DNA of 58,590 bases, counting the filler, from Streblomastix strix (taxonomy: Eukaryota), in NCBI GenBank assembly GCA_008636045.1. It is 3 parts of 3 records of this genome, joined end to end, with 100 filler letters (N's around TTAATTAATTAA, not from the genome) between each part and the next. Parts side by side here need not be neighbours in the genome. Positions count along the whole stretch, not along the records: positions 39,135 to 58,590 come from SNRW01000513.1; 2 more parts are not named here. One strand, given 5' to 3'. Each line of letters starts with the position of its first letter. The stretch's first letter is position 1. Under the pieces are notes generated by a model. It was not told the DNA's origin. It ran no database searches and saw nothing but the letters and a program-made list of their open reading frames with translations. Shown here in pieces: positions 52,381 through 58,590 of the stretch. The translations under genes were made by a program, and so were the position numbers.

Positions 52381-53742
52381 ATGAGTTCTATTTTGAACCA
52401 TAGTGCAAACGAAATAATAATGGCCGACAAAAACCCTGCTCCACGTTCATAAGCAAGTTAACGCACAGCGCCTGTTAATAGATGGCACAGAATAAAGTAC
52501 GTAGGCGAGAAACCAACGCCGCGTGTAGGACAAAGCGCTGCTCAAATCTTAAACGTTGCAATACTCTTCGGTGGTCTTAGCTAGCGGACAAGGCTCAATG
52601 ATTTGTGGATGTTTAATACATGTTTGACAGCATTATACTATTTCTTATCATATTTGATTTAATATTTTAATTATGATTTATTTTTTTAATTTCCGATGTT
52701 AATTGTGCAGCAACCGCCAAATGGCACCGAATTTTACCCGACTCTGAGCTTCCACAACCACGATCTGGGCACACATCGGCTATACACGGGAGTGAAATGC
52801 TAGTTTTTGGTGGAGAAAATGGCTCAGGAACGTTGAACGATTTTTGGGCGTTCGACCTTCAAAGCGAGACTTGGTCACCAATAATACCATCCACTTAAGC
52901 AAACCCTATACCCGCACCACGATGCCGACATGCAGCTGTCTCCTACGGCAACAAAATGATAATATACGGTGGATAGGATAGTCCCTTACCCAGTGAGTAC
53001 TATTCAGATATGCATCTTTGGGACACTCATACACGTACATGGTCTCCAATATTATACCACTCTTAGCGAGTTCCTTGCGGTCGTGCTGGGCACACATTTA
53101 CATTAGTTGGAAGTGACATTTATCTTTTCGGTGGTTTTGGGTCGTAGAGACATTTAAAAGACTTATGGGTATTTAATGCAGTTACACTACAGTGGCGCGA
53201 AATAACTCCCAAAGTAACCCAGCCTACATCAGACTCAAATGCAGGCGAAGGAGAAGAAACGCCAAAAGAACTCAAAAAAGATCAGCATATACAACAAAGA
53301 CAGCAGGAAAGACAGAAACAAAAACAGCTCAAAGATTAATGGCCCACCGCACGTTCCGCGCACTCTGCATTTGCTATCTCAAACTCGCTTTTTATCTTTG
53401 GGGGTTATGCAGCAGGAAATTCCAAAGACGATGTTTGGGAGTTTGACACAATATCTGAAACTTGGGTCAGACACGCAGCTGGTTAAAATTCACTGAGCAG
53501 CAGCGGCTCAGGTGAGTTGAATTTGCAGAAGAGAGGTATATTGTATTATTATTTATTTATATATGGGATTATGATTGTAATTATTGTTAATTTATACATA
53601 TTATTTGTATATGTTATTATTTATTTACAATATATACAATTTATTAATATTTATTTATATTTTATTTATTAATTAATCTTTTATTCCAGCGAGATCACCA
53701 AACAAGAAAAAAGGCAACAGCAATATAGAATATAATAGATGA
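52381..53742 (+). CDS. Kelch-repeat protein (5 repeats; introns 52622-52710 and 53512-53689)
   Basis: PTPRVGQSA..ILFGG..NDLW, PQPRSGHTS..LVFGG..NDFW, PAPRCRHAA..IIYGG, PCGRAGHTF..YLFGG..KDLW and PTARSAHSA..FIFGG..DDVW. The start could be 52420. Confidence 0.9.
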
Positions 53743-54460
53743 ATATGAGAATTATTTGTCTTCATTTGGTAATGTGAAGATTATTGAGAAAATTAACTAT
53801 AATAAATATATTTTTTTATCTATTCTTAATGAGAAATTTATTTTTTAATTTTATATTAAGTTTTGCTAACAAAACAAGTTTAATACTCGTGGGTTATAAT
53901 TATTTTACTATATAATCATGATCGCCAATTCAATTATTAAAAAATGAACTAATTTTAATCCTTTGAATAAAATAATAAATTATTTAAAATTGGAAATTTA
54001 GCCTTGCTAATCATTTCTTTTTTGATTAGTGTATTAACAATAAAGTATAATAATTAAAGACACAAAATTTATTAATTTTAATTATAATTCAACCAACTTA
54101 GATCGTTCGCTAAAAATTAAACTAAAAAATACAATTTTTATTCAAGCATATTTTTATTTTACAATTTAAATTATATTTTTCTAATTTTTACGTATAATTA
54201 TTGATCAATCTCTATAAATTTACATTTCTTACTACTGATTCTTAAAATTCATACGCTAAAAATTCTGAAAAAAAAATCGCACTCACACCCAACCGTGTAC
54301 ACGAATATATTCTAATTAAAATTCAATTTTATTAAACAAAAAATCATATTTTATATTTTTAATGCAAAATTTAAAATCAATTCTTGCCAACTTTAAGATT
54401 AAAAACAATCTAATAAAATTTTTTGAAACAAATTAAATATTTTTATTTTTATATTAATAG

Positions 54461-57400
54461 ATGGAGCAGGCGCAGCAATTGCTGATTAGTGAAGGATTTC
54501 AAGTTTATAATTTTTTATTTTTTTGAATTCTGATCATTAAATAAAATTATTGAAATTGGTGTCGAAATAACTTATATAGGTTATTGAACCACTTGGTTTG
54601 ATATTTTCTTTTCTTTATTGTTACTTTATTTTACTTTCAAAATTGTTTTATTTTATTAAATTTTTTAGGCGTTGGAAGTTTTGGTTGGTTTGTTTCGTTA
54701 TTATTATTTTATTATTATTTTTATTATTTCATTTTTTTTTTTTCGTTTCTATTTCAATTCTCTTCAGCACATTCAAAGTTAGCAAAAAGGAATTTGGTGA
54801 AGTTGCTGCCAAAGTCATCAAAAAAGAGCATTGTAACTATAATAAATAAAAAGATTTACAATAACTGACCAAGTCTGAATATTTATTATTTACTATATAT
54901 AAATTATATTATTTGAATATATTTAATTTTTATATTCGTTCATCTACTTTCAGAGACATTGGAAATCCGTTTATATTGAAGAACATTGGTGTGATTGAAG
55001 CTGGTTAGTTCACAATTGTATTAGAAGAGTTAGCGAACTTAAATGTTTGTGAAATAATTTTATTATTTAATATAAACGATTGATAAATATTCGATAGAGT
55101 TTGGAAAATTTGATTGTTTCACAAAAAGAAATTCCAATACAAATTGTTAGAGTAATAATGAAATAATTGCGTATGATTATTTACAAATAAATAAAGTAAA
55201 TAATTCTTTAATTTCACAATTGTTACTTATTACTAAACTTTAATTTTTAAATTATTAAATATTGGTAATTTTATAATATTGATAATATTCAGTTGAAGGA
55301 CTTCGTTTGACTCATTCAAAAGGTGAAATTCATGGGTATAGCTAAACGTAAAAGAATATTTTTATTTATTTATCAATTTTGTAATTCAAATTCAGTTTTA
55401 TATTTAAACTTTGTTTGATTATTTTTATATTAATTAGGAATATCAAAGAGAGAAACATCCTACTACATAATCCAGCATAATAAAATATTGTTGTTTGTTC
55501 AATAATTTTTGTTTAATTTATTTTAAAATTTAATTTTAATTATTTAATAATAAATTAATTAAAATCAAATATTATTTATTTTATGATATTATTTCTTTAG
55601 TTGGTTAAAATGTCAAATTTTGGCATTATAAATACTTCAGTAATTAAGGAATAATCATTTTAGTTGGGAAACACAGAGTATATTATTATCGTTTTTATTA
55701 ATTAATTAATTCTTTATTTTTTTCAGACTTCTTTGTTTAATTGCACCTGAGATTATTCATCAGTAAGAAAAATAAGAATTAATTGTTGATGAAAAGGTTT
55801 ATCTATGATTTATATTAATTTTTAAATCTATTAATATATTTAAATATAATTATTTATGTTGTTTTAATTCTTATTTTTTAAATAAGATTGATGTTTGGTC
55901 TGTTGGCATTCTTCTATTCAGACTTGTTTCTCATTCCTACCCATTTAATACTTCATCAATAAGTGATTTTGGAAAGTATGAAAATTAAAAATTGAATAAA
56001 TATATTTATAACAAAATTATTATTTTTTAATGGTTTTTCATGATGAATGTTTTGAAACTAGTTTTTTATTATTAAAATCTTAATATTCATTTTTTATAAT
56101 TTTATCAGGTCAATGACCCTTATTAGACCAGAATCAATAAAAGATGAATCATTATGGAATTTTATAACCAAACTTCTGGAATTTGATCCAAAGAACAGAA
56201 TTGCAACTGAAAATGCATTATAGCATATTTTCTTTACTGGCAATGTTGCTTCAAAATCAATCCTAGCTTCTGCATAACAACTTTCTTAATCTGCTTTGAA
56301 AGCAAAACAAAATGGAAATTAGAATATCAGTTAATATGATATATAAGCGCCATTTATTCTTCCAATAAGTGAAATTCATCAACTAATATAAAAAGATTTT
56401 AGTGCATAATCTTTATTGATATAAGAATAATCATCCTTATCTCAACCACAATAAAGTAATGATAAATAATAATAAAACAAATAAATATCTTCAAATTCAA
56501 AAGATTAATTAACTATACATTAAACCAAAATTTAAATATAATAAAAAGTTAAGTCAATAGACTAATTAATTGCAAATTATAATGAAATTAGAATAATTAT
56601 TAATAATTAATCATCAAAGCAAATAATATTTAAAAAATTTACTTAGACTCTTCAAATACTAAAAGATATTGATATTTAATCTAATTAACATACTTCTTTA
56701 GAACTTGAACTTCCTTAGAAATAATAATAAATAAACTTATAAACTCCATTCTATAATCAAAATTTATTTACAGCATCTAATATGGGTGCCTCAAATGTTC
56801 AACCAGATAATGTGCTTTATGTTCCTGAATTACCTTCAGATTATAAGTTATCTTCACAGGTTTAATAAGAATAATAATCATTAACTTCTTCTTAAATTAT
56901 AATACCTCCATAAATTAAACCATAAATCTAATAAACTCCATTTTATTTTCAAAAATCTATTTCAGCATCTAATATGGGTGCCTCAAATGTTCAACCAGAT
57001 AATGTGCTTTATGTTCCTGAATTACCTTCAGATTATAAGTTATCTTCACAGGTTTAATAAGAATAATAATCATTAACTTCTTCTTAAATTATAATACCTC
57101 CATAAATTAAACCATAAATCTAATAAACTCCATTTTATTTTCAAAAATCTATTTCAGCATCTAATATGGGTGCCTCAAATGTTCAACCAGATAATTTACT
57201 TTTTATTCCAGATTTACAAAGTTCTCAATTAAATTTAAAACCAGTTTAAGATATTTCATAAAGAATTATAAATGTGATATCTAATATTTCATATTAAACA
57301 ATTAAAAATTAGGAAGACATTGATATTGCTTTTCAATCTGGATTTGTAAAAGAAATAATTGAAATAATAAGATAAACTCCAATTGAATAGATATCTTTTT

Positions 57401-58590
57401 AATAAAAACATTTTTTATGGAATATTAGTTTTAATGGATCTTATGTGCATACTCATTAACTTTATGAAATGGATATCTTTTAGATTTTATCACAATCTCT
57501 TACTAATTCATATACATAAAATTATGATCTTATTATTTTATAAAATATCGTTGAAAAAGGATGGAAATAACTTAAATCTCCATCTTCTTCATCTCAGTCT
57601 GACTTATAGCATCTTCTTTCTCTTCCTCATCCTTATTTGGCATAATTGTAATAATAAGGAATAATTGAAATAATAATTTAGAATATTATAATGAATGACC
57701 AATCTGATATTTTAAATAAATTAAAAACTTATGAAATTCTTGATTCTATTTATTAAGAAGGAATTAAACTCCCTAAAGAATATTAATCTCAAATAATCAA
57801 AATATTTACTCAATAATTTAAATCTAGCAATGATAATACTAAAAGTGATATATTAGAATCACTTTCTTATCTTGCCATAAATTAAGGTTTGCAATTAAAA
57901 TATTAAAATTAAATAAAAATAATTTGTTTTTATTGTTATAAATTTAATTTTTGAAAAAATATTTAAATAATTTTTACAAATATTTTTATATTTTTTAGAG
58001 AATCATGATTCAATTATTGCAGAAGGTGTAATTGAAATAGTTGCTTAAGAAATCAAGTATGAAATTACATATTTATTTTAATTTTTATATATTTAATAAA
58101 ATTTATATTTATTTTTATTTTTTCAAAATAATTATAGCACAAAATAATTTACATTACCTTTTATCTGTGGCATTTAAGCTTATCGCAATAGTCTTAATTT
58201 TCTTTTTAATCTCTTCCTATTTGGAATAAAATTAACCCAATAAAATATTGAAAAATCAATCTCAATGGAGTTTCTTAATAAATTAAAAGATAGTTAAGAC
58301 TTTGGATCGTAAATCAAATGCCTTATTTGTTCATTTTTAGATCCTGATGGGATGAAAGAATTATTAATAATTCAAAGAGTTATAAAAAGAAGAAGTGAAG
58401 AAGGATTAATTGAATTTATAAAAGCTGGATTGATTCTGAAATTAAATGAAATGATTGAATAATCAATTTCATAAAAAGAAGATGGAGTAGGAAAAATGAT
58501 TATTATTGATATAATAATATAATCATTAGTTAAAAACAATTTAGAAGTAAGTAGAATTATAACTAATGAAACAGATTTTATATAAAACTA
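54461..58590 (+). CDS. Intron-rich Ser/Thr pseudokinase + Gln-rich linker + ARM repeats (3' end off window)
   Basis: LGVGSF, VAAKVI, IHGNIKERNILL, VKMSNFG, APE, KIDVWSVGILLF and LLEFDPKNRI, assembled over about 11 short introns. ARM-like HPYWHNCNNKGIIEIIFR...LSYLAINQ follows. Confidence 0.85.
56740..57210 (+). repeat. Coding tandem repeat, 192 bp (64 aa) unit, ~2.4 near-identical copies
   Basis: CAGCATCTAATATGGGTGCCTCAAATGTTCAACCAGATAAT begins at 56771, 56963 and 57155. Confidence 0.92.

Overview
This is AT-rich eukaryotic DNA that reads only in genetic code 6 (TAA/TAG = Gln, TGA = stop) and has short GT-AG introns, so the supplied standard-code ORF track is mostly fragments. The gene families (tandem ARM modules, F-box-like+SPRY-like, intron-rich pseudokinases) resemble an oxymonad such as Streblomastix; that assignment is inference. 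The window is three separate ~19.5 kb contigs (1-19476, 19577-39034, 39135-58590) joined by artificial N/TTAATTAATTAA/N spacers. Contigs 1 and 2 each carry a decaying copy of the same endogenous Polinton/Maverick-like (polinton-like virus) element. Both copies have a protein-primed PolB with OTU-like, Zn-finger and HNH/EndoVII-like domains, an A32-type packaging ATPase, a penton-like gene and a small hydrophobic ORF. Copy 1 also has a probable major capsid gene and two phage-type tail-fibre genes. The most striking observation: copy 2 carries at least six short GC-rich hairpin insertions absent from copy 1. All are multiples of 3 nt (21-30), several have C(GNA)G tri-loops, and they fall into at least two recurring sequence families, suggesting a frame-preserving palindromic micro-element. 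Host genes include CRT10-like WD40, a giant intronless DDB1-like ORF, ARM, RRM-like+PAM2, F-box-like+SPRY-like, Kelch and pseudokinase-ARM genes. All calls come from manual translation and motif recall; no searches were run.
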